From assembly GCA_963662465.1 (NCBI GenBank), contig OY759599.1, positions 5,888,001 to 5,952,000 of the forward strand: 64,000 nt of DNA. The letters are read 5' to 3'. Positions within the stretch are counted from its first letter, which is position 1; each line of letters starts with the position of its first letter. Shown here piece by piece: positions 17,982-28,805 of this stretch. A program made the translations under genes and the position numbers. Source of the DNA: Desulfatiglandales bacterium (GTDB taxonomy: Bacteria; Desulfobacterota; DSM-4660; Desulfatiglandales; Desulfatiglandaceae). Under the pieces are notes generated by a model. That model made no database searches, had not been told where the DNA came from, and saw only the letters and a list, made by a program, of their open reading frames with translations.

Positions 17982-19040
17982 ATGCTGATAAAGAATCGAC
18001 AAAGAAAAATAGGTTCCCCTGTTTTTTCTGGATTTTGGATGAAAACGGCGTCAACCCTGTTTTTGATGGTTTGCCTGATGGCCATTTTTTTTGATGAATG
18101 TATGGGTCAAGAAGAACCTTCCATCGGTATGGCCGTGGAGTTTGTGGACCATGCGGCCAGCGCTCATATTGCAAATCGCAAAGGCTGGTTTGAAAGCGAA
18201 GGGCTAAGGGTATCCTCCTTTGACAGCTACGTCACCGGTATGGCGCTGGCCGCGGCCCTCAGCAGGGGCGACATCCAGGTGGCCTATATCTGCCTGATAC
18301 CAGCCATAAGCGCCTATGCCAATGGAAAGGTGCCCATAAAAATTATTGCCGGAACACATAAATATGGCTACGGATTGCTTGTTGACCCTAAAAAGGTGAA
18401 AACCGTCACTGATTTAGAAAAGCCGGATATTCGCATTGGATGTTCCAGGGAAGGAAGCCCCGTGGATGTGTTGCTGCATAAAACGATAGATCAATATCAT
18501 CTTGATAAAAGCAAAATATTACCAAAAATCAGAAGGATGTCGCCTCCCAAAGTACTCTTGGCCCTCAAAATGGGACAATTGGACGCTGGTTTTTGCTGTG
18601 AGCAATTTCCATCAATGGGCGAAGCCTCAGGGTTCAAGGTCCTCCTCTCTGCAAAGGATCTCTGGCCTCATATGCAGGGAAGCGTTTTGGCCGTGAAAGA
18701 AGATCTGATACGGGACCATCCGGAAACGGTAAAAAAAATAGTCAACATAACCAAGCGCGGCGTCCAATATATCCATGAAAATCCAAAGGACGCATCGATA
18801 ATTACCGCCGGCGCCCTATCGGTTGTCGGAAAGAGAATGCTGCCCCTTAAAATAGAAAAAAACGCCGGCGATTGGGAAATTTCCCCTCAGGTGATATTAA
18901 AGTCGTTAACCACCCGGATGGAATGCACCACCGACATCGATCCTCGCCAGGTCCAGGAAACGATCGATTATATGGCAAAATTAGGATACATAAAAGGGTT
19001 CAGGGCCGAGGACATTCTTGATTTGAGATTTCTCAGATGA
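17982..19040 (+). CDS. ABC transporter substrate-binding protein, NitT/TauT family
   Basis: KGWFESEGL, G..LAAAL..GDI..AY, GS..DV.L, GQLDA. Confidence 0.85.
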   Translation: MLIKNRQRKIGSPVFSGFWMKTASTLFLMVCLMAIFFDECMGQEEPSIGMAVEFVDHAASAHIANRKGWFESEGLRVSSFDSYVTGMALAAALSRGDIQVAYICLIPAISAYANGKVPIKIIAGTHKYGYGLLVDPKKVKTVTDLEKPDIRIGCSREGSPVDVLLHKTIDQYHLDKSKILPKIRRMSPPKVLLALKMGQLDAGFCCEQFPSMGEASGFKVLLSAKDLWPHMQGSVLAVKEDLIRDHPETVKKIVNITKRGVQYIHENPKDASIITAGALSVVGKRMLPLKIEKNAGDWEISPQVILKSLTTRMECTTDIDPRQVQETIDYMAKLGYIKGFRAEDILDLRFLR

Positions 19041-19798
19041 ATCAGCCGAAAAAAAACAGATACTGGTGGGGAATCCTGCCCATCGCCGTATTTCTGGTTG
19101 CCTGGGAAATAGCGGCCCGGTTAAATCTGAGTTCCGGGCGCCTGTTTCTGCCCCCTTTTTCCGCGGTGATGCGGGAATTTTATTGTCTGATCGCCGACGG
19201 AGTGCTGGTTGATAACTTCCTCAGCAGTTTGGTTCGGGTCCTGATCGGCTTTTGCGCCGGTTCCATTGCCGGACTGGCCATCGGGATCTTGATGGGGTGG
19301 AAGGAAGTCATGAACAGGACCTTCAGCCCCATCATGAGTCTGGTCTATCCCATCCCCGCTCTGGGATGGCTTCCGCTCTTGATGCTTTGGATCGGAATAA
19401 ACGAGATGCTGCCGATTGCCATTATCTTTATCTGTTCTTTCTTCCCGGTGCTTTACAACACGATTACAGGCATCAGAGAGGTCAGCAAGGAACTGATCAA
19501 TACGGCAAGGACTCTGGGGGCATCCGAGCGTTGCATATTGCTTCGGGTGGTTTTGCCGTTGGCCCTGCCCAATATTTTTACCGGCCTGCAACTTGAGGCC
19601 GGGATGGCCTGGCGGGTGGTCGTTGCCGCCGAGATGGTGGCGATCCCCACGGGAATCGGCGCGCTGATGATGCGGGCGGAGAGTCTGGTTCGGGTTGACA
19701 TTATCATCGTGTGTTTGATTGTCCTTTCGTTTATGTGCCTTCTCTTTGAGAGATCGCTTGCGTATTTGTGTCAAAGACTCACATCCAAATGGAAATGA
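19037..19798 (+). CDS. ABC transporter permease, NitT/TauT family
   Basis: SL.RV..GF, PIP.L.W.P, EAA-like loop ARTLGAS, W..VVAAEM. Confidence 0.9.
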   Translation: MNQPKKNRYWWGILPIAVFLVAWEIAARLNLSSGRLFLPPFSAVMREFYCLIADGVLVDNFLSSLVRVLIGFCAGSIAGLAIGILMGWKEVMNRTFSPIMSLVYPIPALGWLPLLMLWIGINEMLPIAIIFICSFFPVLYNTITGIREVSKELINTARTLGASERCILLRVVLPLALPNIFTGLQLEAGMAWRVVVAAEMVAIPTGIGALMMRAESLVRVDIIIVCLIVLSFMCLLFERSLAYLCQRLTSKWK

Positions 19799-19799
19799 A

Positions 19800-20870
19800 A
19801 TGCCCTCTGTTGAACTCAAAAATATCTGTAATCATGTATGCCGAAATATCACGTTGTCCATACGCCATGGTGAATTGTTGGCGCTGATGGGTCCGACCGG
19901 CGCGGGGAAAACCACGTTGCTCAATGTTATTGCCGGGTTGGTTCCTTATGAAGGAACGGTGTTGTTTGATGGTGTCCCCGTGGATAGCTTTTCACCCGGC
20001 AATAGGCGGGTGGGATACCTGTTTCAAAATTTTTGCCTTTTCCCTCACATGAATGTCCATGAGAACGTGGCGTTCGGATTGCAGGTGAAAGGGTTGAAAA
20101 AAACGGATATTGACCGAAGAGTGAGCGAAGTGCTGTGCTTGTTCCGGATAGAACATTTATCCGAAAGATATCCCAATAAAGGTCTCAGCGGGGGTGAAAA
20201 GCAACGGGTCGCCCTGGCGCGTGCAGTTGCCCCCTGGCCGACGATTCTCTTACTCGATGAGCCGTTTAACAGCCTTGATGCGCGTACCGCAAAATACCTG
20301 AGGATGGAATTGCGAAAGCTTCAGCGCAGCCTTAAAATCACAACGCTTTATGTTACCCACAACCAGCGAGAGGCCTCCGAGATAGGAGATAGAATCGCCA
20401 TTATACACGAAGGGAGACTGGAACAAACAGGCATTTATTCGGAGGTCTTTTTCGAGCCGAAAAACCGGAAAGTGTCCGATCTCTTAGGTTCGCCTAATCT
20501 CTTTTATTGCAGAGGGTTCTTTCCGTTAATCTCAGGTCTGGCAAAGGTTGAACTCAAGGGCGTTTCCCTTGTGGCGCCTTACGATGGACGTCCTGTGGGG
20601 ATGATCGCCATTTCGCCGGGGGACATCTATATTTCACGGGAAGAACCTCCCGGGCCTCAAATAAACCGTATCAGGGGGGAAATTCTTGAAATAGCGCGCC
20701 GCTTACCCGTGATCAAGGTGGTGGTGGGTTGTGGAGACGAGCGGATAATTGTGGAGGTAGAGGCGGAAATATGGAATGAAACAGGGCTTCGGAAAGGGGA
20801 TAGCGCCTTCCTGATATTGCCTCTCAGGTGGATAAAAGTGAAATATGATGATGGCCCAACGTCATTATGA
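19800..20870 (+). CDS. ABC transporter ATP-binding protein with C-terminal TOBE-like domain
   Basis: GPTGAGKTT, LSGGEKQRVALARA, LLLDEP, VTHN. Start reassigned to ATG 19800. Confidence 0.92.
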   Translation: MPSVELKNICNHVCRNITLSIRHGELLALMGPTGAGKTTLLNVIAGLVPYEGTVLFDGVPVDSFSPGNRRVGYLFQNFCLFPHMNVHENVAFGLQVKGLKKTDIDRRVSEVLCLFRIEHLSERYPNKGLSGGEKQRVALARAVAPWPTILLLDEPFNSLDARTAKYLRMELRKLQRSLKITTLYVTHNQREASEIGDRIAIIHEGRLEQTGIYSEVFFEPKNRKVSDLLGSPNLFYCRGFFPLISGLAKVELKGVSLVAPYDGRPVGMIAISPGDIYISREEPPGPQINRIRGEILEIARRLPVIKVVVGCGDERIIVEVEAEIWNETGLRKGDSAFLILPLRWIKVKYDDGPTSL

Positions 20871-20972
20871 TGGTCGGGGGCATGATTTTTGTTTTTCCCG
20901 AAGACAGCGGCCCCGTTACCGGTTCAGAAGATTCACTTGATTATCCCTGGAATATCAGTTACAAAAATACTT

Positions 20973-21707
20973 ATGCAAAAATCCGCCGACAACCCAATTC
21001 AAAAGATTCCGATCCCCGCTAACGGAAAAGTGTGTCTGGCTTGCGGAAAGGCCGGCATCGGGAATGGCAGACGCTACTGTTCAAAAGCCTGCCGCAGCTA
21101 CATCGAGTGGGTCCTTTCTTTGTCCAAAGGCTTGCTGAGGGCGCTTAATACGCGCTATGCCGCGTTTTCCTTCACCAGCGACCAGGTTATTCTGGACGTA
21201 TTTCCCATCTGGTCCGAGCATATTTCCAGGTTTATGGGCCCTCGAACCCGGGGGAGGAAACCTGCCGAGGATTTGAAACGATTGGTGCTTGAGTTTGGAA
21301 CAGAATGGCACGAGATGGTAAAAAACAATCGAAGTATGAGTTATGCATCCCTTCATCTGGTCAACCGGAACCACGAGAAGTCCATCGCGCCCGATCAGAT
21401 CAAGCCGGACCAAAATTCCCGTCCGAGGCTTTCCAAACATGAAACGGGATGCTTAAGAATCCTGAAACTGAAACGAAATGACTTATCCCGCGATGGGTCA
21501 AAATCAGAGATCAAAACCGCTTACAAAAGGATGGCAAAGGTTTACCACCCCGATGTTGGGGGTGATGAAGATAAGTTTAAAAAATTAAACGATGCCCATG
21601 AGCAGATGCTTTTGTGGGCTGAAAACCCCCAGTATACGACCCGAAAAGCGCTTCAAGACTGTTGGTCCTACGATGGTTTTACCAGCCGGTGGTCCCCGCC
21701 GCTCTGA
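20973..21707 (+). CDS. J-domain protein with N-terminal Zn ribbon
   Basis: CLACG...RRYCSKAC; IKTAYKRMAKVYHPDVGG...FK.LN.A. Confidence 0.85.
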   Translation: MQKSADNPIQKIPIPANGKVCLACGKAGIGNGRRYCSKACRSYIEWVLSLSKGLLRALNTRYAAFSFTSDQVILDVFPIWSEHISRFMGPRTRGRKPAEDLKRLVLEFGTEWHEMVKNNRSMSYASLHLVNRNHEKSIAPDQIKPDQNSRPRLSKHETGCLRILKLKRNDLSRDGSKSEIKTAYKRMAKVYHPDVGGDEDKFKKLNDAHEQMLLWAENPQYTTRKALQDCWSYDGFTSRWSPPL

Positions 21708-23188
21708 TCTGTTTTCCCTTCCGCCAAAAGGCGGGAGATGCCCGAAAAAAGTTGATCCATATTCAGCGGTTTTGTTGTCGTCAGGTCTACCCTTTGGTTT
21801 CTTGAAAATTTCGAATAATCGGTAGTTGAAACATTGAATACGACGATTGGCATATCCGGGTTGATGTCGCTTGCCTTTTTGATGAGCCATGCGGTGTTTC
21901 GAGGGCTTTTGCCTTGATCCAGCAACAACAAATCAAATGAGGCGCTCTTCAGCGTTTTTAAACTTTCACCATAACCGTCAATGTGGGTAATGTTAAAACG
22001 TTTGCTCTTCAGAAAACGGCAAAGCAAATTCATCAAGAGGCTTTGATTTCCAACGAGCAGAACGTGTGCCTCTTTGATGGCCTTCTTATTGACCGAATCG
22101 TTTATTTCAAATGCCTGGTGATCCAGCGGGAGTGTGACATGAACAGTCGTTCCCCCCGCTTCATGGCGGAATATCTTTATTTTTCCCCCATGCCGATCCA
22201 TGACGGCACGCGTCAGGCTCAGTCCCAGGCCCCGGCGCCCATTTTCCTTGGTGGTAAAAAATGGGTCGAAAATTTTACTCAACACACTTTCATGAATTCC
22301 GGTGCCATTTTCCTGCACATAAACGTTGATGGCGCCGGCGTATTCCTCAGTTGTCAGGTAGATCTCTCCTTTGCCCCCCAGGGCCTCCATCGCATTGGCA
22401 AGCAGATTTATAAACGCATTCTGTAAATCTTTTTTACATCCGTGGATGGGGGATAGCCTATTGAGAGCGGTTTTAAAGCGGACCTTATCCGAAGGGTCAT
22501 TACCCTGCAATGGGTTTATTCCCTTTGCTGAACAGTATCGGAGAATGGATGTTTCGATAATCTCATTCAGGTTCAGGAGGGAAATCTCGGATGGATGATA
22601 CGACTCTTTAGCGAAGTCGTTCAAGCATGAGGAAAGGGGGTTCCCTGGTTTGGCGGCGATTTCCGTTTCCCGTACAAAGGCTGCGGCCATTCTTTGAAGC
22701 GCTTTAACCTTTTGCGCTTCTAAAATTTCTGTTTCCTGTTTAATCTTCCGATCTATTTCAATCATGTTTAGCAGCAATGCCTTTCGCCCCTCGTGCCTGA
22801 TTTTTTTGAGGTAAACCGCGCAATAAACCGCTCTGCCTTCACTGTTCTTGAAGCGTAACGCATCCGGCGTCTGGTTCCCCGCCTCATCCTGAATGAATTC
22901 AAGAATAGATCGAACACCTTCCGGATCGATGACATCTGAAAGGTTTTTTCCGGTAAGTTGTCCCAATCTGCACCCCAGCCACTCGCAGGCCGTTTGGTTG
23001 GCATAGAGGATCGTCTCCTGCCGTAACAGAAAGAGCCCGCCTGGAACATGGGCCACCAGGTCCCATGTTTTTTCCAGGTCTTTTTTCAACCGATCATTTT
23101 CTTTGGTTAAAATCGAGATTTTTTCTCTGAGACCGCTGTTTTCTTCTCTGAGCCGGTGACCCCAGCTCATCGTTTTTTCTGCCGCCAT
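21668..23188 (-). CDS. PAS-HATPase-receiver hybrid sensor with a degenerate phosphoacceptor region
   Basis: NLLANAMEA, ENGTGI, FDPFFTTK, GLGL; C-terminal receiver-like domain; no recognisable H-box. Confidence 0.8.
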   Translation of the reverse strand: MAAEKTMSWGHRLREENSGLREKISILTKENDRLKKDLEKTWDLVAHVPGGLFLLRQETILYANQTACEWLGCRLGQLTGKNLSDVIDPEGVRSILEFIQDEAGNQTPDALRFKNSEGRAVYCAVYLKKIRHEGRKALLLNMIEIDRKIKQETEILEAQKVKALQRMAAAFVRETEIAAKPGNPLSSCLNDFAKESYHPSEISLLNLNEIIETSILRYCSAKGINPLQGNDPSDKVRFKTALNRLSPIHGCKKDLQNAFINLLANAMEALGGKGEIYLTTEEYAGAINVYVQENGTGIHESVLSKIFDPFFTTKENGRRGLGLSLTRAVMDRHGGKIKIFRHEAGGTTVHVTLPLDHQAFEINDSVNKKAIKEAHVLLVGNQSLLMNLLCRFLKSKRFNITHIDGYGESLKTLKSASFDLLLLDQGKSPRNTAWLIKKASDINPDMPIVVFNVSTTDYSKFSRNQRVDLTTTKPLNMDQLFSGISRLLAEGKTDQSGGDHRLVKPS

Positions 23189-23330
23189 GTCTATTCCGCT
23201 ATTGCGTCTTTGGGATTTCTTGAAACGTTCTTGATGATTTTTGGAATATACCGTATCATATTTATTCTTGATCTTACAATGGATTCGTGTTTTGCATTCG
23301 CTTTACGGCATGCCTCAAGGAGAAGAGCGC

Positions 23331-26300
23331 GTGACATCACCCTTTGTTCACCTTCATGTACACACGGAATACAGCCTGTTGGACGGCGCCATTCGGATTG
23401 ATCGGATGCTGGATAAATGCAATGCGCTGGGAATGGATTCCGTGGCCATCACCGATCATGGGAACATGTTCGGAGTGGTCCAGTTTTACGGCCAGGCGGT
23501 CAAGGCCGGCATTAAGCCCATTATCGGGTGTGAAGTCTATGTGGCGCCGGAAGATCGGAGGGATCGTTCTCCCGCCCCTAATGGCAGGTCCTATGCCTAC
23601 CATCTGGTTTTGCTGGTCATGAATGACCAGGGGTATAAGAACCTGAGTACCCTGGTGACCCTGGGTCACCTGGAAGGATTCTATTATCGCCCGCGGGTGG
23701 ATATGGCCCTTTTGAAAGAATACAATCAGGGGCTCGTCGCCCTTTCAGCCTGCCTTGCCGGGAATATTCCCTATCTCATCAATGTGGGCCAAATGGAAGC
23801 CGCCAGGGAAAAAACCATTGAAATGGCGTCCATTTTTGATCAGGATCGGTTTTTTCTCGAACTCCAGGCCAACAAGATGGTGGAACAGCGGAAGGTTAAC
23901 CGGGGGCTCAGGGAACTTTCCAGGGATCTCTCCATTCCCATGGTGGCCACCAATGACTGTCATTACCTGAACCGCGAAGATGCCGAAGCCCATGACATCC
24001 TGCTCTGCATTCAGACGGGAAAAAGTGTCGACGAGGTAAAACGGCTCAGGTTTTCTTCAGACGAATTTTACTTTAAAACCAGGGCTGAGATGGCGGAAGC
24101 CCTTCCGGAGTACACCGAAGCCCTGGACAATACGGCTCATGTCGCGGCCCTTTGTCAATATGAAATGCGGTTTGGCGAGTATAAATTTCCGGTGTTCCCG
24201 GCGAAGGGAAAGCAAAGCCTGGATGAGATGTTGATTGAGGCGGCCCGGGAGGGGCTTGTAACGCGGCTGGTCCGGAAAGCAGAGGATGAAGGTCCTATCA
24301 GCCCTGAGGTAAGACACGAGTATGAAGAACGGCTGGCATATGAACTCAAAATTATTCTGAAAATGGGCTTTGCCGGGTATTTTCTGATTGTGGCCGATTT
24401 TATCGATTATGCCCTGCATCACGACATTGCCGTGGGTCCCGGACGGGGTTCCGCCGCCGGTTCGCTGGTGGCATTCTGTTTGAATATCACCAATATTGAA
24501 CCCATCAAATACGGGCTTATCTTTGAACGGTTTCTAAATCCTTCGCGCATCAGCATGCCCGATATTGATATTGATTTCTGCATCCATGGCAGGGATCAGG
24601 TGATTCAGTATGTGGCGGACAAATACGGTCGGAACAATGTGAGTCAGATCATTACCTTCGGCACCATGAAGGCCAGGGGCGTCATTCGGGACGTGGGCAG
24701 AACCCTCAACGTGCCCTTGAGCGAAGTGGACCGAATTGCCAAGCTGGTTCCGGAGGGTCCCGGCGTTACACTGGACAGCGCGATCCGGGACGAGCCGGAA
24801 CTCAGGCGGCTTGAGCAGGGCGATGGAACATCGAGAAAACTGCTGACCATCTCCCGCGCCCTTGAAGGACTGGCCCGGCACGCATCCACCCACGCATGCG
24901 GGGTGGTCATTTCCGATCGGCCGCTTACGGAATACCTGCCCCTTTATAAAGGGAGCAAGGGTGAAATCATGGCCCAGTTTACCATGGACAAGGTGGAACA
25001 GCTGGGATTGATCAAGTTTGACTTTCTGGGGTTAAAGACCCTGACGGTCCTGAAGGAAGCCCTTCGGCTCATCGATGCCTCCACCGGTCAAAAAATCGAT
25101 CTGGATCGAATTTCCCTGGAGGATAAGGCCACCTACCAGTTATGCGCGGACGGCAAAACAACCGGCGTATTTCAGTTGGAAAGTTCGGGGATCAAAGAGC
25201 TTTTGAGGAAGCTCAATCCCGAAGTTTTTGAGGACCTCATTGCCCTGGTAGCCCTCTACCGGCCGGGCCCCCTGGGTAGCAATATGGTGGATGATTTCAT
25301 CAATGGAAAGCATGGAAGGATCAAAGTTTCCTATTTCCTGCCGCAACTGAAGCCGATTTTGAAAGAAACCTATGGGGTTATCCTGTACCAGGAACAGGTC
25401 ATGAAAATCGCCCAGATTCTGGCCAAATACACCATGGCGGAAGCCGATGAGCTTAGAAAGGCGGTGGGAAAGAAAAAACCCGAGGTGATGGCGAAGCACC
25501 GGGCCCGGTTTATTGAGGGCGCCAAGGAGAATGACGTTAAGGCTGCAATTGCCGAAAAGCTGTTCGGGTTGATCGAGAAGTTTGGAGGTTATGGGTTCAA
25601 TAAATCCCATTCCGCCGCCTACGCCATGATTTCTTATCACACCGCCTACCTCAAAGCCCACTATCCGGTACAGTTTATGTGCGCCCTGTTGACTCAGGAT
25701 ATGGGCAACCAGGACAAAACCATCAAGAATATTGCCGAGTGCCGCACCATGGGCATCGAGATCCTGCCCCCCGACGTCAACCAGAGCCAGGCGGATTTTT
25801 CGGTGGTGGAAGACCGAATCCGGTTTGGACTGGCTGCGGTCAAGAACGTCGGGTTAAAAGCCGTGGAAGTGGTGATTGAGGAAAGAAACACCCATGGCCC
25901 TTTCAGCGGTCTGTTGGATTTCTGCCGGCGAATGGAAGGGAGTAAGGTCAACCGCAGGGTCATTGAAGGGTTGATTCAGTGCGGGGCATTCGATTTCACC
26001 CATGCTTTTCGTTCCAGGCTTTTTGCGGGTCTGGATGACGCCCTCAGGCTTTGCGGCGCCAAACATGATCCCAACCAGCTCAATATGTTTGGGTCCATCG
26101 ATCTGGGCGAGGGCCAGGCCGGCGGGCTTCTTGAATTGCCGGATGTGGCGGAATGGGACGAAAAAGAAAAACTCAAGCGGGAAAAGGAGGCCCTGGGGTT
26201 TTATATTACAGGACACCCCCTGGAGGGTTTTCACAAGGCCATTAAACGGTTTTCAACCTGCCTGGTCCATGACCTTCCCACGCAGAAGGATAAAGATCAG

Positions 26301-26795
26301 ATTAAGCTGGCGGGGGTGGTGGAGAGCATCAAGATCAAGCGGACCAGGAAGGGCGATAAAATGGCCATCATGCAGCTGGAAGATTTGACCGGCTCCACGG
26401 AAGTGGTTATATTTCCGGACGTTTTCAGCGCTTCGGCGGTCCTGTTAAAGGGAGATGAACCCCTGCTGGTTATGGGAACCGTTGAAATCGGCGACAATTC
26501 CGCGAAGGTGATTGCCAAGGAAATTCAATCCCTCCACGGGCTCGAACTCAAATCCGCCAGGGCCGTCATTATTTCCCTTGAAAACGGAAGATCTTCAAAA
26601 GAGATGCTGGAAGACTTAAAGAATGCGGTCTTCAAATATCCCGGAGAGTGCAAGCTCATGTTCAGGGTGGGGTCGCCTGAAGGTGAACCGGTCATGATTT
26701 CCGCCCATTTCCGGTACAGAATTTCACCATGCCCTCGGTTTTTTGAAGAGGTGGAAGATCTTTTAGGGGGGAATGTCTGGGAGGTGGTTTCTTGA
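23331..26795 (+). CDS. dnaE: DNA polymerase III alpha subunit
   Basis: FVHLHVHTEYSLLDG, GPGRGSAAGS, MPDIDIDF, YGFNKSH. GTG start after AAGGAG. Confidence 0.98.
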   Translation: MTSPFVHLHVHTEYSLLDGAIRIDRMLDKCNALGMDSVAITDHGNMFGVVQFYGQAVKAGIKPIIGCEVYVAPEDRRDRSPAPNGRSYAYHLVLLVMNDQGYKNLSTLVTLGHLEGFYYRPRVDMALLKEYNQGLVALSACLAGNIPYLINVGQMEAAREKTIEMASIFDQDRFFLELQANKMVEQRKVNRGLRELSRDLSIPMVATNDCHYLNREDAEAHDILLCIQTGKSVDEVKRLRFSSDEFYFKTRAEMAEALPEYTEALDNTAHVAALCQYEMRFGEYKFPVFPAKGKQSLDEMLIEAAREGLVTRLVRKAEDEGPISPEVRHEYEERLAYELKIILKMGFAGYFLIVADFIDYALHHDIAVGPGRGSAAGSLVAFCLNITNIEPIKYGLIFERFLNPSRISMPDIDIDFCIHGRDQVIQYVADKYGRNNVSQIITFGTMKARGVIRDVGRTLNVPLSEVDRIAKLVPEGPGVTLDSAIRDEPELRRLEQGDGTSRKLLTISRALEGLARHASTHACGVVISDRPLTEYLPLYKGSKGEIMAQFTMDKVEQLGLIKFDFLGLKTLTVLKEALRLIDASTGQKIDLDRISLEDKATYQLCADGKTTGVFQLESSGIKELLRKLNPEVFEDLIALVALYRPGPLGSNMVDDFINGKHGRIKVSYFLPQLKPILKETYGVILYQEQVMKIAQILAKYTMAEADELRKAVGKKKPEVMAKHRARFIEGAKENDVKAAIAEKLFGLIEKFGGYGFNKSHSAAYAMISYHTAYLKAHYPVQFMCALLTQDMGNQDKTIKNIAECRTMGIEILPPDVNQSQADFSVVEDRIRFGLAAVKNVGLKAVEVVIEERNTHGPFSGLLDFCRRMEGSKVNRRVIEGLIQCGAFDFTHAFRSRLFAGLDDALRLCGAKHDPNQLNMFGSIDLGEGQAGGLLELPDVAEWDEKEKLKREKEALGFYITGHPLEGFHKAIKRFSTCLVHDLPTQKDKDQIKLAGVVESIKIKRTRKGDKMAIMQLEDLTGSTEVVIFPDVFSASAVLLKGDEPLLVMGTVEIGDNSAKVIAKEIQSLHGLELKSARAVIISLENGRSSKEMLEDLKNAVFKYPGECKLMFRVGSPEGEPVMISAHFRYRISPCPRFFEEVEDLLGGNVWEVVS

Positions 26796-27784
26796 AACAG
26801 GGCTTATTACAGATGTTTCATTTGTGTTCACCAGGCGCGGGCATAAGATCCATGCTGCTGTTTACCTTGTGTATGAATCTGCTGGTGGCGCCATCGCATT
26901 CTTTTGGCTGGGAGGATCGGAAAATGACAAAGACTTCTGAAATCGTAACCCGTCAAGCCTACGGTTCCGGACGGTGGTTTCCGGGAAACAGGCAGGAATT
27001 GAAAGGAATGGTTGAGGCATATATGGAGAATGCCCGATTCGACCCTGTCAAGGGGCGGATTGTGGGCGCCATAGCCCCTCATGCCGGATATGTTTATTCC
27101 GGCAAAGTGGCGGGCTTTACTTTTCAGGCCATCCGGGACAACGCCCGACATGCGGGAGCGCCGGAAACGGTGGTGGTGCTGGGGTTGAGCCATTCAGGCG
27201 CTTTCCCCGGGGTAGCCCTCATGGATGGGGATGTCATTGAAACCCCTTTGGGAAAATCCGCCCTTGATGGGGAAGCGGCGGAGATGCTGGCGGCGGAAAG
27301 TTCCCGAATATTTTTCAACTATGGCCCGCACCAGGGTGAACATTCGGCTGAGAATGAAATTCCCTTTGTACAGGCGGCATTGCCGGGTGTAAAAATGGTG
27401 GTAGGGCTCATGGGGGACCATGACCCCGAAACCCTGGATGACCTGGTGGCGGCGCTGGGAGCACTTGCCGAAAAAAAGCGCATTCTGGTCATTGCCAGTA
27501 CCGACATGCTGCACGACCCCAGCTATGATCGGGTCAGGGAAACGGATTTAAAGACCCTGGAAAAGCTGAAGCGGATGGATTTCAAAGGGATTCAAAAAGC
27601 ATGGGGATACGATAAACAGATTTTTTGTGGTATCGGACCCGTTCTGGCCGTCATGAAATTTGCCGAAGCCCTTGGGTGCAAAAAAGGGTCGGTGCTGCAT
27701 TACCGCAACAGCGGGGATGATTTCCCGGAAGGCCGCGGCAGTTGGGTCGTGGGCTACGGATCAGCGGTTTTTGCCGTGGATTAG
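26792..27784 (+). CDS. amrB: AmmeMemoRadiSam system protein B (MEMO1 family); start uncertain
   Basis: IAPHAGYVYSG, EHSAE, ASTD..H, CG..P, Y.NSGD, VVGY. Confidence 0.9.
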   Translation: MKQGLLQMFHLCSPGAGIRSMLLFTLCMNLLVAPSHSFGWEDRKMTKTSEIVTRQAYGSGRWFPGNRQELKGMVEAYMENARFDPVKGRIVGAIAPHAGYVYSGKVAGFTFQAIRDNARHAGAPETVVVLGLSHSGAFPGVALMDGDVIETPLGKSALDGEAAEMLAAESSRIFFNYGPHQGEHSAENEIPFVQAALPGVKMVVGLMGDHDPETLDDLVAALGALAEKKRILVIASTDMLHDPSYDRVRETDLKTLEKLKRMDFKGIQKAWGYDKQIFCGIGPVLAVMKFAEALGCKKGSVLHYRNSGDDFPEGRGSWVVGYGSAVFAVD

Positions 27785-27788
27785 ACCG

Positions 27789-28709
27789 TCAGGAAACAAA
27801 ATGGTCTAAAATACCGGCGGCCCCATACATTTTGTTTTCCGCCTGCTGCCAGACGATGGATTGCGGTCCCTCGATGACGTCATTCGTGATCTCCAGACCT
27901 CTGTGAGCGGGAAGACAGTGCATTATGTGGGCGTCTTTGGCCGCTACCTTGAGAAGATCGGCGTTGATCTGGTAGCCTTTAAAGATCTCCAATTTTGTTT
28001 TTTCTTCCTCTTCCTCTCCCATGCTGACCCATACATCGGTATAGAGGATATGGGCGCCCAGGGCTGCTTCTTCGGGACTTTCAAAGACCGCCAGTCGGGC
28101 GCCGGTCTTTGCCGCGATGCCGTCGGCTTTGTCAAGGATCTTCGGATCGGGGCAATATCCCTTCGGGCACGCCACGTTCATATGCATCCCCGCCAGGGCG
28201 CAAACCACCAGCAATGAGTGGCACACATTGTTGCCGTCGCCGATATAGGCCAGTTTCAATCCTTGAACGCGTCCCTTAACTTCCAGAACCGTGAAGAGAT
28301 CGCAAACGGCCTGGGTCGGGTGCGCCATATCGCTCAGGCCGTTAATGACCGGGATGCCGGAGTAGCGAGAAAGGTCTTCAACGGTTTGCTGATCATAGAC
28401 GCGCGCGATCAGACCGTCCAGGTAGCTTCCGAACATGCGGCTCGTATCCGCGATGGGTTCCCCGCGTTTGATTTGAAGATCCCCTACCGGCAGGTTTATG
28501 GTGGCGCCGCCCAGCCTGAGGATGGCCGACTCGAAACTGGTCCGGGTGCGAGTGGATGGCTTTTCAAAAAGGATGCCGATCACTTTGTTTCGAAGCACAT
28601 CAAGGATTTTTCCCTGCTTCATGTCATGTTTTAAAACCTTGATCCGGTCAAAGATTTCAAAGAGTTGTTCTGATGAAAGCCCCTGTGCCGTAAGGAATGA
28701 CCCTGCCAT
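27789..28709 (-). CDS. argF: Ornithine carbamoyltransferase
   Basis: FEKPSTRTR, HPTQ, DVWVSMG, HCLP. Confidence 0.95.
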   Translation of the reverse strand: MAGSFLTAQGLSSEQLFEIFDRIKVLKHDMKQGKILDVLRNKVIGILFEKPSTRTRTSFESAILRLGGATINLPVGDLQIKRGEPIADTSRMFGSYLDGLIARVYDQQTVEDLSRYSGIPVINGLSDMAHPTQAVCDLFTVLEVKGRVQGLKLAYIGDGNNVCHSLLVVCALAGMHMNVACPKGYCPDPKILDKADGIAAKTGARLAVFESPEEAALGAHILYTDVWVSMGEEEEEKTKLEIFKGYQINADLLKVAAKDAHIMHCLPAHRGLEITNDVIEGPQSIVWQQAENKMYGAAGILDHFVS

Positions 28710-28805
28710 TTCAATGCTCCCGTAAGTTGTCGGAAAAAAGTTTTATAACTACCAGTAGGAGAAAAAAAGGTCAAGAACTTTCCGGCGCCGTGTCGGCAAG
28801 GGGGG

